A stretch of 63,142 nucleotides of DNA, the filler included, from Olpidium bornovanus S191 (lineage: Eukaryota; Fungi; Olpidiomycota), in the NCBI GenBank assembly GCA_017911155.1. It is 32 parts of 32 records of this genome, joined end to end, with 100 filler letters (N's around TTAATTAATTAA, not from the genome) between each part and the next. Parts side by side here need not be neighbours in the genome. Positions count along the whole stretch, not along the records: positions 10,164 to 12,850 come from JAEFCI010011249.1; positions 12,951 to 15,583 come from JAEFCI010008738.1; positions 15,684 to 16,931 come from JAEFCI010011416.1; positions 17,032 to 19,481 come from JAEFCI010005001.1; positions 19,582 to 21,062 come from JAEFCI010010755.1; positions 21,163 to 22,467 come from JAEFCI010011467.1; positions 22,568 to 24,159 come from JAEFCI010008195.1; 25 more parts are not named here. One strand, 5' to 3'. Below the pieces are notes generated by a model. The model made no database searches, was not told the DNA's origin, and saw only the letters and a program-made list of their open reading frames with translations. The position numbers were made by a program, and so were the translations under genes. Positions 10,851 to 22,616 of this stretch are shown one piece after another. Positions within the stretch are counted from its first letter, which is position 1, and each line of letters begins with the position of its first letter.

Positions 10851-12146
10851 ATGGCCATGGCAACGTCCGCGGGGGCGGCGGCGGCGGCGGCGGAGGAAGG
10901 TGAGCGTCTGACCGAGGGGGGAGGATGTGGGGAAAAAGTCAGTCGTTCTCGCCTTTCGCGGCACAACTCTCACGGGTGGCCCCTGTCGGCTGGGCGGGGA
11001 GGCGGGCTGTGGCACAACCCGGGTTATTGACTTGCCAGACCGCAAACGCCCGGCGTCGCTTTTCGCTGACGCAGCTTTGCGAAAGGACTCCGGTTCGAGC
11101 GAGAGCATCGAGTTCGAAAGGTGAATGAAGGGTGGTCCGAACAACGATCTCTCCCCAGGCGCCCGGGCGCGGCTTGCCTCAGGCGGCTCCCTGTGTGCCC
11201 GCCCGTGCTCGCTTTGCGCCTCTGGCTTATCCGATCACGCGGCTAACCACCTCTTCCGGCAACCCGCCGCGTCTTCGCGGAAGCAGTCCGGAAGACGCCA
11301 AGTTTGATGCCGTGGTTGGCGAGCTGGAGAGCATGCTGCTGGGTTGGGGATGCGACGATCGATTTTTCCTCTCGCTTGTGGCGGCACCCCGTTCTCTGCG
11401 CTACTAATGCGACGTGCTGTGTTTGCTGCTTGAATGTCCTTCACACCCTCCCGTCCTTCAATCCAGAACCGGAATTTCTGGAGATGCAAAACACGTTCCT
11501 GAAATCTCACTGCGACGAGTTTGATTACGAGGAAGAGAACAAGTTGACGTATACCGCGATATTCAAGGAGTGGGTGAGCTGCCCTTGGCTTTGTTTCCGC
11601 GGTAGATCCGCGGCAAACGCTCGAGCGCTACCGCAAACGCGCGGCTTTCGGGCGCAGTGGACGGTGCCACTTCCCCGCTTCACCCGTTCTTACTTTCCGT
11701 ACTCTCGCGGGGTGCCCGGGTGAACGGACGACAGACGCAGAAAACCGAGAACTTCGTTGAGCAGAGACTAAAACGCGCGCTCCCGTGGTTTTCAATGACT
11801 GAATTTGCAGAGGCCCTGCGGAGCCGGCCCAACCAGGTCGACGGGGACGTCTTCGACGTACTCGCGACCCTCGGCGACTTCTCCGCGTTTAAGGAGCTGG
11901 TGCTCTCATACAAACGCGTGCGTTGTTGGGGGTTGTAGTGAGGATTTGAAAAGCGGCACCTCCCGGGCAAATTTTCGCCCGAGCCGAGGTGCTATCGCGC
12001 GCGTTTTTCACCGGACGCAGCTGACCCTAGTGCTTAAATTGCGCTTCGACAAAATTTGGCTTGTTCAAAATCCGTAGGAACGTGACGGAACTGGAATCAA
12101 CCTGAGCGGGATCATCGTCCAGACGACGGCGGGACGTTTAAAATGA
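10851..12146 (+). CDS. ARL2BP: ARL2-binding protein (BART domain), complete 6-exon model
   Basis: Exons 10851-~10899, 11075-11120, 11287-11342, 11467-11573, 11735-11917, 12078-12146 give DAKFDAVVGELESMLL-EPEFLEMQNTFLKSHCDEFDYEEENKLTYTAIFKEW...VDGDVFDVLATLGDFSAFKELVLSYK-ERDGTGINLSG. Colinear with human ARL2BP (EFDAVVG..EENKLIYTPIF..DIFDMLLTFTDFLAFKEM). Confidence 0.87.
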
Positions 12147-13284
12147 GAGAAAAAAGACTCTCGTCCAAAAAATCCTGCGCATCGGCCAAGAATGCCGACG
12201 CATTCGCCCAACTTATCCGACGCGCCCGATAGCTTTAGGTATAATATATATATTGCGGGGCTCGTTTTTCTCCCCACTTTTCCCAGTGGGCTTGCCTCAA
12301 AGCGGTGGGGGAGCACAGGCAGGGCTCTCGTTTTATCCGAACAGGTTTCGCAATCCCGAGGGATTTTGGGTGCGTCGTGAAACCCCGGTGTTTTGCGCCA
12401 TTCTGCATACGCGGAAGCCAGGCGGAGAAGAAGCACACCAATTGGCTGGATAAAAAATACCCGGAGGTTGGGCATCGTCGGAGACCGGCTCCAGAGTGTC
12501 GTCCGCGGCTCTGAGCATTCGGACGTACTAGAATTTCAGGAGTGACGTTCAGGTTGCAGTGAACTCCTTGCGCCTTATAATTGGCGAAACAGCGTATGAA
12601 GGTCCCCGCGGAAGTCGTTGCCTGCGTCGCTCCCCATTGCTCCACTCTATCGGCCTGCTGTCTCCTTCCACGTACGCGATCCTGTGTTGGTCCTACCTCC
12701 CACCCCACCATTCATTACCAGGAAAAAAATCAGGAAATATCAGGAAAAAAACCCCCCACCGGCAGGAACCAGTCAGCTGCCAAACACCCCCACTGCTTCC
12801 CCATACTAGTTTATAGGATAGACCCGGCACAAAACGGCGGTCAGCCATGGNNNNNNNNNNNNNNNNNNNNNNNNNNNNNNNNNNNNNNNNNNNNTTAATT
12901 AATTAANNNNNNNNNNNNNNNNNNNNNNNNNNNNNNNNNNNNNNNNNNNNCCCCCCCCCCCCCCCCCCCTCTCCTCCACCGCCAGGAAGAAAGCGCGCGG
13001 GCGCAAGCTTGCACGCCTCCCAGCCGACACGCAGAATTTGTGCAGGGAAATTTCCGGGCGGAATTGCGCAAGGGAGAAGTCCGCGCACGGAGCGAAGAGT
13101 TCGGCCCGTGGTTTCCCGGCAAGCTTACGCTGCCACGTGCTCCTGCTCCGTCGGCTCGGCTGTCGGTTGAGCGTTTCGGCTGCGGGCAGTGCGCCACGCA
13201 CGCGGGGCACGTAAGGGAGCGCTCGGTCGCACTGGGCGCGGGTCCCGTTGGTGGACCGGCTGCGAGTTTCCGCGGAGTTCCAAG

Positions 13285-13322
<38 letters not shown>

Positions 13323-13612
13323 TTCTGGTGCGGAATTTTTCGACGGCCGTTTCGCCCCGGCCCCCGGGCCCCGGGTCCCCCCCCACCGCCGCCGCACGGC
13401 CGTGCGCGGGGAAAGGAGGACAGACCGCGGCCGCTGCCGGAGACTCCCTCTCTTCCTCCGCCCGCCTGCGACAGCGCGAACCGGCCCAGAGGGAAGAAGA
13501 AAGAGGCCAGGCGCGCTCGGAGAAAAAACGGAGGACGGGACAGCGGGAAGGAGAAGAAGAAGAAGGGGAAGAAGAAGACGAAGAAGAAGAAGAAGAAGTA
13601 ACCCCGCCGGTC

Positions 13613-15583
13613 ATGTCCGCCCTCAACTACTCCAAGTGGGACCACATCGAGCTGTCCGACGACGAGGACATCGAGTGCCACCCGAACGTCGACAAGAAGT
13701 CTCTCATACGCTGGAAGCAGCAGGAAATCCACCGGCAGCGGGAGGAGAGGAACGCCAAAATCAAGGACCTCACAGCCGAAACCGAGACAAACGTCGTCCT
13801 GCTCGGCAGGCTCGAGAGCCTGCTCAGCGAGATGCCTCGCGCGCTGTCCTCCTCGGCGGCCGCGGAGAGCCCCGTCGCGGCCGTAAACCGGTCGTCCGAC
13901 GAGCTCAAAGCTGCCGGCGAGCGGCCCGACGCCGCGAGGCACGCGCCCGGCGCGCCCGCGTACGACACCATGGTGGCCGCGCTCCTGGTCCAGATCGCGT
14001 CCGAGGCTACCAAGGAGGCCGGCGCGGGGGAGGGCGGCGCGAAGCCCCCCGCGGAAGAGGACGATCCGACGCGCCGCGCGCGGCAGGCGGAAGCAATACT
14101 GAAAAAGTTGGAGGAGCACAAGGCGAAACTTGTTTCGCGCCAACAGCAGGCGCTCGAGGAGCTGCTGAAAACCAAGAAGGAGGCTGAGAGCAAGCTCAGC
14201 GTCGACGACCTGTGTAAACCCGGGTTCGACTGCACAGTGAGTTGCGGGGGAGAGGTTTTTTTTTTGTCGTCTTGCTGTAATGCGATCCCGACAGTGCGGG
14301 GGGGGAAGGGGGAAAGGGGCCGCGCGTGGCGTCGAGGAGCGTTGCTGCTATACGTTTATAGGAAGATGCTCGCGGTCGAGACCTTCTTGGCTGTTTCCTC
14401 GACGCGCTTTCAACGCGTCACTTTAACGTCAGATCTACTCCCGTATATTTGACGTGCTCCCGTACTTTCGACGTGTTCCGAATCCGATTTCCGGTCGTTT
14501 CCCCGCCGCCATTCCAGATACTCAACAAGACGCAGCAGCCGAAGCCGGAACCTGAGCCACCGAAAAAGTCCAAGAAGAAAACAGTTGTGGAGGTTTTGAA
14601 CCCCGAGGCGGCAGATAAGCACAAAGTAATGCTGTTACCGGCCTTTTGGCGTTTGGCCCCGTAAACCTGTTTGACAAATGCCGTTTTGCCCGTTTCTGAA
14701 CCGGCTGAGCATTTCCCGTTGCGTTTTCTGCTTCGTTGCAGACGGATGCGATCGCGCCCGCCGGGTCCACCGGCGGCGGCGGCGACGACGATGATGAGGA
14801 AGAGGAAGACATCGTCACGTCGGACGTTGCCAGGGAATTTTCGAAACTGGACAGCTTGGAGAAGAGTTTCGCGTTCATCAGCAAGCATCCATATATAGTG
14901 TCTGAGTCGAAGTCGGACGAGATCCTTGCCGCAGCGTTTGAGGCGCAGATGCTTGGCAAAGAAAAGACTGCGCGGCGGTGCGTCCAGCAGGCTCTCGTTT
15001 TGAAGTACTGCTCCCAACTCGGAAAGGACGGCATCGGCCTTTTCTTTAGAAGGTAAGGTTTTCGCCCGAAAACGGCTTCACCGTCGCTTTTTGCACTTTC
15101 CGTCTGCTCTATAATGGCTGTCCCAATTTCCCTGTTTCGCGCGTTCCGGTCGTTCCCGGCCGCAGAATGGCGAAACCTGGAAAGGCTCTGGATATGTTCT
15201 CAAAAGACGTGCACGGTACATACACGCACATCCAAAAGCGGTGCAAGATCCTCAAGGAGGAGAAGGCGGCCAAAGCCGCCGAAGGAGGCGGCCGCGAGAC
15301 CATCCAGCTGTTCACACCGGACGCGAGCAAACCCATTAATTTCCAGCTGCCCACGGAGGACACCAACCCGGCGGGGCTGGCCATCTTCAACGCGTTCCCG
15401 CAGGAGTTCCGTGAGGCCCTTGTGACTAAGGACCTCGAAAAGGTTAACAAGGTTCTCGGCAACATGGAATGCGCCGAAGCGGAGGCGTTGGTGGGGAAGC
15501 TCGGCGAGGCTGGCATATTGTCCATTGAGGCGGAGATCCGGGACGCGGAGGAGATGAAGAGGCTCGAGGAGGAAGCCCGCTCG
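13613..15583 (+). CDS. CDC37: Hsp90 co-chaperone Cdc37, 3'-truncated
   Basis: MSALNYSKWDHIELSDDEDIECHPNVDKKSLIRWKQ is the hallmark N-terminus. Exons 13613-14236, 14518-14625, 14742-15052, 15166-15583. Confidence 0.97.
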
Positions 15584-16056
15584 NNNNNNNNNNNNNNNNN
15601 NNNNNNNNNNNNNNNNNNNNNNNNNNNTTAATTAATTAANNNNNNNNNNNNNNNNNNNNNNNNNNNNNNNNNNNNNNNNNNNNCCATGCGGGGATGAACT
15701 ATGCGCAACGTCACGTCCTTGCTTGGTAGCATTTACCTCTGCATCAGATACCCCTTCCACTTTCTCCCTACGTTCCTCGCTGTTTCTAATAGTTTTATTA
15801 TTATATTAACTATTACTTTGCTCATATTTTTTCTTCTCATTCCCACTCCCCGGCTTCCCGTTCTTCTCTTGCTACTTCTTCGTCTGCTTTTTTCTCTTTC
15901 GTTTTTTTTTTCGTTTCCGGTTTACTGATAAGTTGATGGGCGGAAATGTTTCAATCCCGTTGAAGGTACGAGGATGTTCCCGGAAATTGGCACCTCGTTT
16001 CCGAAGACGTGATGAAAGTTGAGGACGTCAACACAACTGTCACGAATAATCCGCAG

Positions 16057-16644
16057 ACGGGCTATATCTCCCTGCAGCAGTGAGTAACCCTCGTTTCCGG
16101 CCTCAGGCTCTTTGTACCTTCGGAGTTATCTTTTTGACGCTTCCCCCTCCTCCCCCTCCACCTTCCCCCCTCCTCCCCCCCTTCCTCCCCTCCTCCTCCC
16201 CCTCGCACACGCCGCGAACTCCCTGCGCACATGTGGACCCATTTTACCCCCAGCGACACGCTGTCGTTCAGCGTAGACCAGGTGCCGCAGATTATCGACA
16301 AGATCAAGGCTCTTGGCCTACAGATTGTCCCGGTTGCGCAGTGCATCGACAACCTGCCGGCGCCGATGTATCGCGGTGGCCAGATCCAGACGAACCAGAC
16401 AAGCCCGACTCCCTCCCCGGTCGCCGCGCCGGCGCAGCCCGTCCCTTCGGACGCCGCTCAATCCGCCCCGCCCGGTGCCGCTTCTCCGTCCACCTCGACG
16501 TCGCCCGACGCCGTGGCCGCGAAGTTTTCCGCGTCGTCCTCCTCGACCGGCAGCGTCGTCGCTCCGCCCGCGTTCTCGGGTTCGTTGGCCGCCGCTGCCG
16601 TCGCGTTCGCCGCGGTGGCAGCGGCGAGAGCCCGAGCGGCGTAA
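16057..16644 (+). CDS. Chitin/polysaccharide deacetylase (CE4, NodB) C-terminal part with Ser/Pro/Ala stalk and GPI-like tail; 5' part missing
   Basis: Exon 16057-16079 plus exon 16254-16644: TGYISLQH|DTLSFSVDQVPQIIDKIKALGLQIVPVAQCI (NodB motif 5 G.I.L.HD plus the G...V.VA.C ending), then a low-complexity stalk and hydrophobic GSLAAAAVAFAAVAAA. Confidence 0.8.
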
Positions 16645-17140
16645 ACTTTTTTTTTTCTTTTTCCTTTTTCGGGATCTCGCCGGCGGGCAGGTTTGAAAAA
16701 GCCCACCCCGCGAAGGGCCAGCGGAGAAGCCGACCAACACACACAGCCCACTTCATTCCTTTGTTTATTCCCCTCATACTGAACGCTCACATTCACGCCG
16801 GCCACATTTCCAATACATTTTGGCAAGTGTTGTCCTTCTCGATTGCCTCTTCCCCCCTCACTCACCCCTCGCCCCCTCCACCGCCTCTTCCCCTTCGCCA
16901 CGCCCGAAAATCCATTCGCGATTCCTTCCCCNNNNNNNNNNNNNNNNNNNNNNNNNNNNNNNNNNNNNNNNNNNNTTAATTAATTAANNNNNNNNNNNNN
17001 NNNNNNNNNNNNNNNNNNNNNNNNNNNNNNNAGCAGCCAGGGGGCGCACAGTGGACCCCGCGGGACCCGGGCAGGGGCTTTTCCCCTTTTTCAAAAGGGC
17101 CCGGGGGCCCACCGCGAAATTTTCCCCAAAAAAAAAACCC

Positions 17141-17183
<43 letters not shown>

Positions 17184-17839
17184 CAGAAAAAAGCGAACCG
17201 AAGCCTCGGGGAAAAAGTTCGGTCGCCGTCCGAAATCCCCGCTGCGCTCACGGAGCACTCCGCTGCTGCCGCTGCCGCCGTGAAGTAAAGAAGACGGTGG
17301 TCGCGTCGCGCGCGGCGAAGTCTGGCTTAGCTGGTTGACAGCAAGCCGCGGGCCGGCGTTCCGCCTGCCCAAATTGAGCGTACCCGGTTGGGGCACAGCC
17401 TCCCCCGACTATTTCGTTTTGTCTGGCGCCGACCGTTGCAGGAACGGGGTGCAACTTTAGGAACGAAAGCGGCTTTCGCGTGCGAGTTCGCGCGTTAGGC
17501 AGGAGTCTGCTCGCCTGCTCTTTCCTGTCCTTTTCTTCCCCACTCCTTGCCCCCCCCACCCTGTCTCCACCCCCCCTGCCCTCACTTCCACCTCCTCCTT
17601 CGGCCGGCGCTCTCGGGTATGCTCTACATGCTGTGACTTTTTCGCCGGTTTGCCAGCGTCGTGGGCACTAGCGCTCCAGGATTGACCGGCGACGTTTGCC
17701 GTTGTCTAGTTTCATGTGAGTACATGATGATATCCACAACGTGACACGTTTTGTGGCGTGATGAGTAAAACCGGAAATATACATGTTAGACTACCGAGTT
17801 CGTTCGTTGACGAGAATAAGCGTTTCTGACCGCAAACAA

Positions 17840-18313
17840 TGTCTGCCTGGTTGGAAAGCGTTGTGAAGGCAACCAAACTAACCCGCTTTTTGTTTGTTGT
17901 TAATTCTTTGGTTCTCTGCATCACCTGCAGGATACTTGGACCCTTGATCTTGGCCTGTTTGCGGTTGTCGAAAAGACGGAATTGGCTGTTACTCTGGATG
18001 ATCTAAAATGGTTTTCGTCCGCGGGGTTACTGTGAATGGCGTTGGTTTCGCCACCCGAGTCTGAGAGGTCATCGTGAGCAGGGGAGGCCGAGGACCTGGT
18101 AGAGTATATCTCTGAGCTTCTCGCGGAGATCGACACCGGTCCGATTACCCTCGAGCGAGTCTCGCTGATCAGGAGAATCGGCGGTGACCCGTGTCGAGTA
18201 TACAAGTCGGGCGGAAGTATGGTTGCGAGGGACGCCTCGCACGGGACCCTAGCTGCCGGGGATGTACTATGTGTCGGTCCGCTCATCAGTAGACACGATC
18301 CTTGACTGCTCAC
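17840..18313 (-). CDS. Possible exons of an unidentified Ser-rich protein
   Basis: Open frame ...SEIYSTRSSASPAHDDLSDSGGETN... ending at an AG|GTGATG donor near 17934; a small downstream exon candidate SLVAFTTLSNQADI. No family motif. Confidence 0.3.
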
Positions 18314-18759
18314 TGCCTTTGTTAAGCAAGCTGGTCGGGCCGCCAGAAAAGCAAACTTTCAAAACTCGGACAGCCCCTGGGTACCTCGTTCAACAATGGC
18401 GGGAATTCAAGCTATCGCGGACGAGGGGCTGATTTTCGATGCAGTCGACGCGGAGGAGGGACTGAGCATTGACGACGAAGTGGACGCGGCAACGCCGGAA
18501 TACCTGATGGGCCAAGGAGTCGCTCGAGGGGTGCCTGGCCACAGTAGTTCCGGGGTTGACCCATTACAATTCCCCCCCTCTACGGAATCGGGCGTCCCCG
18601 GGCGCAATCGATGAGCGCAATTGGACGACAGCAGGGGGCAAACGACGGGAAGAAAAGAGAAAAAAAATGAGGGAAGCTAGCCGTACCAAAAAGCCCAACC
18701 CGTCCTCTCCTTTTTGCCTGGCAGGGAAAAAGCGTACTAGCGGGAGACTCGGCTAGCAA

Positions 18760-19100
18760 CGATCTCAGAGACTTGGTGACAAAGTCTGGATGACGAGGGT
18801 AAAGGCAACGGTCAGGAGAGAACGGAACAAAAGCCAATCATCGATAGGACGATGATGGGAAGGCAAGAACAACGAGACGGAAATCCGAACACGCTGACAC
18901 GGGAACCCTAGGATCTGGTGGCCAAGCCATGTCCTCAAAGACCCCATCGAAAGGTGGCCAGTCGTTTGATGTGTCCATGCGAAGGGAGCAGCTTGAGCTT
19001 CAAACGACGATGAGTGCAGAATTTTGTTGTGAGTCAGTGGTAGCCGGGAGCGCCGGGAGTACCGAGGCCATGGGGACACCAAGAAGGGCAACATCGATAT
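18760..19100 (-). mobile_element. Possible highly decayed gypsy integrase zinc-binding region
   Basis: Scattered across frames: HQTTGH (HxxxGH), PCQRVR, PDR...PDFVTK (compare P.RPW..SMDFVT). Weak. Confidence 0.28.
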
Positions 19101-20045
19101 TGCAGAATTGATGAAACGGCATGGTAATGGTGTCGATGGATAAGCGTCATCGCTGGCAACAGTATGTAAAGCACTACCACAATATGATGCAGTGTGTGGG
19201 TGAAGTTGGACCAACGACAGAATTCAGGCAGCCAGATGCCTGGGACGCGACCGGTGACACCAGAACACTGAGGTTGAGCACAAAAAGATGTGAGGAGCAG
19301 TTAATTCAGCGGCACCATGAGCCGAGCGAAATTAAGACACCCCCCAGTGCTGCATGCCGGATCTGTTGAACTTTGAACTTCGCTCTACTTCCTACCTTCC
19401 TTGGTTAGAACCCCACAATTTGTCTCTTATAACGCGTAAACTCTATGTACAATACAACGCCCTACGGCGCGCGTAAAACCCNNNNNNNNNNNNNNNNNNN
19501 NNNNNNNNNNNNNNNNNNNNNNNNNTTAATTAATTAANNNNNNNNNNNNNNNNNNNNNNNNNNNNNNNNNNNNNNNNNNNNCATGTGCCCGCGGAGGGGC
19601 AAGGTATATATATAATGTATATATCACTTGGCTGATCCACACCTCGTTCTCCTGGGCGTTTTATTTCCCTTTTGAAATTTTCTTTTTCTTTTAAAAAAGG
19701 AAGGTTTTCAAACACGATGCAGAATCCGATGGGAATTCTGACGGAGAATCCAATGGAGACTCTGACGCAGCTTTGCAGCTCGCGGTGCAGCCGAGCGATC
19801 TACCACAGCGGTATGGTTGACTTGCTCCACAGCATTCCCCGCCTCGAAAACATGTGCTCGAGCCGTGGCAGAGCTCACATTTAGCGGAAATATATACATT
19901 GGCCAACCGAACGCCAAAGGCTGCATACAGCGAGCCCCATGTGGCCTCGGCTCACATTTTAAAAAAACAACGCGATTGAGGTTTAAAAGGCAACGTTTCA
20001 GGTGGCACCCTTAACGTGCTCTATAGAAGAAAAAAAAAAGCTCCT

Positions 20046-20928
20046 CTATTTGGTGAACTGTTTGGCAGCTGCCCCGGTCTTCTTCGCCACCCTGAGAACA
20101 TTGAAGCGAACAGTCTTGGACAACGGACTGAAACATCCCAATAACACGAGCGGAGGCGTCAGAAACACTTCCGTTGTGCTTCTGCTGGCGGCAATTTACC
20201 GGTACGAACGAACCGCAACAAAGCCAAGTTTAACGTACCGGCACTGTCCGACAGTGACAACGTCACCTACGCTGAGACCGATGAACGCCGGAGAGCAGTG
20301 GGCAGCAAGGTTCTTATGGCGCTTCTCGTAACGGTTGTACTTGGGCACGTAGTGCAGGTATTCGCGGCGAACGATGATGGTGCGCTTCATCTTGGTGGAC
20401 ATGACCACGCCAGTAAGGATGCGACCACGGATCGAGACATCGCCGACGAAGGGACACTTCTTGTCAATGTAGTGGCCGTTTATAGCCGCCAGAGGGGTCT
20501 TGAAACCTAGGCCGACGTCCTTGTACCAGCGCAGGTTTTTGGACTTCTTGCCCACAACTTTGGGGTTCTGGAAAATCCCCTGCTGCTTTTGGAACGCTCT
20601 CTCGACCTTTCAAAGTTCGCAGGGGATAGCGGACCCAAAACAAAAGCGAACACCGAAATCGTAAGACGGTGCTTTCGCCGACCCCCCTCGACCTCAGGCG
20701 GCCCTCTGCCGTCTCCTACAGCCGACGACGCCGGGCCCCACCCCAGGGCCTTTCGCGCTCGCGACGAAACGCGCCGGGGGAAGGGGGGTCTCCGCGGCAA
20801 GCTAACCGGCCGGAGACAACGGCGCCTGCACTGCCCAAGACGCCATAGTCGGTGGGGGGCCTTCGCGTCCGGCGGACGCGGCCGAGGATCCTCAACGGCG
20901 CGCACCGCCGTCTTACCTGCTCAGACAT
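20046..20928 (-). CDS. RPS11: 40S ribosomal protein S11 (uS17), complete, 3 exons
   Basis: Exons 20928-20917 (MSEQ), 20606-20239, 20127-20046. [51 protein letters not shown]. Confidence 0.97.
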
Positions 20929-21162
20929 GGTTCCGTTCGCGCGTGCTGCTGCGGGAAGGTTTTTGTTGTCCTTGCGAGGGGTGGCGGGGCGGGGGAAAAT
21001 TACGGTTGGGAAAGGGGAAAAGGGGGGAGGGGCCAAAAAAAAAAAAAAAAAAAAAAAAAAAANNNNNNNNNNNNNNNNNNNNNNNNNNNNNNNNNNNNNN
21101 NNNNNNTTAATTAATTAANNNNNNNNNNNNNNNNNNNNNNNNNNNNNNNNNNNNNNNNNNNN

Positions 21163-21830
21163 CGTCCCCTTCTCCATTTCCGACCTCGCGATCTCGGCAA
21201 ACCCTCTAGCCGATACCACCCGCACTCTCGGCAGCCGCGGGGGGCTCTGAAGCAACCCGTGAACGGCTCGCCCAGCAGCCATGACGTTCAGAAGGATCCC
21301 TCCTTCTGCGACTTCGCGCGGAAGGCACACCTGAACTTCACAGGCTGCTGCAGGGAGCGAGGAGGGCAGGGTGCAGCACAGGACGCCGTTGCCCGGCATG
21401 CACCTGACGGCAGCAACAATGACTTCAAACACCGGTTTTCCGGGTAAAAAAGAAAGCAGCAGCACCAGGGCAGGGCGGCGAGGACGACACCTGGGACGCG
21501 ATTGAAGGCAGCAGCACTAGCCTCACGAGCACGAACGCTGATAACAGCTCCGGTGGTAACGGCGCTAGCCGTGATGCTTACCGTGGAGAATTCATCACAG
21601 CAACTGCGACGATGAAGGAACTCGCAAAGTCGACTGCGAACCACGTCGCCAAACCCGTTGCTCGGCGTGCCATCAAGTCACCCTCTGTCAAACCTTTTCG
21701 TGTCTACAGCACAGGAACTGAATGATGTTGATGAAGAAGTGCGAAAACAGCTGATTGGTCGCAACCCCGAAATTCGGCGGCGACGGCACGGCTCATCCCT
21801 ACTTCGCGTGGCTCTCAGCACTGGCCGAGG
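21163..21830 (+). CDS. Possible exons of an unidentified gene
   Basis: Frame ...VQKDPSFCDFARKAHLNFTGCC...HRFSG ends at a GTAAA donor. After ctacag, AQELNDVDEEVRKQLIGRNPEIRRRR. No family recognised. Confidence 0.3.
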
Positions 21831-22254
21831 TTTTTGACTTCTATCCAATCGCGGAGTCCTCCATAGATCGCCCTCACTGTCTCGCACCTCGAAAACGCGG
21901 CACTCAAAATGGTGGATCGTGGGGAAGTTGATCTTAAGCGGGTCCCCGTTCGATACCTTCGATGACTCGTAAAACGCGATCCGCAGGGAGTTCACGGCGG
22001 AGATCGCGTGGCGAAAGCCTGGCGATGGATGGGGTGGCCCTGGGCGGAGCGCGCGCAGCAAAAGTTATTTCGGACGAGGCCGTGATGGGCGGAAAGCGCG
22101 CGGCTGGAGGGGCGGGCCCGTGGCTGGCGCGCAGCAGAAGTTTCAGGCGGAAAGCGCGCTCTCTTTCTCATCTCATAACCTGTCGTATTTGGTTTTAGTT
22201 TCTTCTGTGGTGTGAGCTCGCTGCGGCACCTCACAAGGAGAAGACGTTCTACCG

Positions 22255-22467
22255 ACAGACATTACGGCGGTCATAACCAGTGATCAGATACTGAGAAAGC
22301 CGAATAGCATTTTCCATGGCTTCAATGGTCACAGGCCCATCTTCGCCATGGATCTTGAATGCGCAAAGCTTATTGCGTTATTGAAACAGTCGTGCTGCAA
22401 ATACCTTCGCCTTTGCTTTGATCAGTTGGTCGGCGAAGGCAACGTTACGAGCCTGACACTGAAGCTC
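22255..22467 (-). mobile_element. Degenerate pogo/Tigger-like transposase fragment
   Basis: ELQCQARNVAFADQLIKAKAKVFAARLFQ*RNKLCAFKIHGEDGPVTIEAMENAIRLSQYLITGYDRRNV resembles a CENP-B-type HTH followed by the HGE...Y...N segment that precedes DETG. Has an in-frame stop and an apparent internal deletion. Confidence 0.55.
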
Positions 22468-22616
22468 NNNNNNNNNNNNNNNNNNNNNNNNNNNNNNNNN
22501 NNNNNNNNNNNTTAATTAATTAANNNNNNNNNNNNNNNNNNNNNNNNNNNNNNNNNNNNNNNNNNNNAAAAAAAAAAAAAAAAAGAAAAAAAAGAAAGAA
22601 AAAAATAAGGCGCATC

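Noticed and set aside
13040-13612. 190-aa N-terminal extension of Cdc37
   Set aside because: It crosses a poly-A run and GAA repeats, and Cdc37 conservedly starts at M..NYSKWD. Treated as 5' UTR/promoter.
19364-19481. TGTTGAA-initiated AT-rich segment loosely resembling the 36469 LTR
   Set aside because: Only scattered short matches, no polypurine tract or PBS, and truncated by the contig end.
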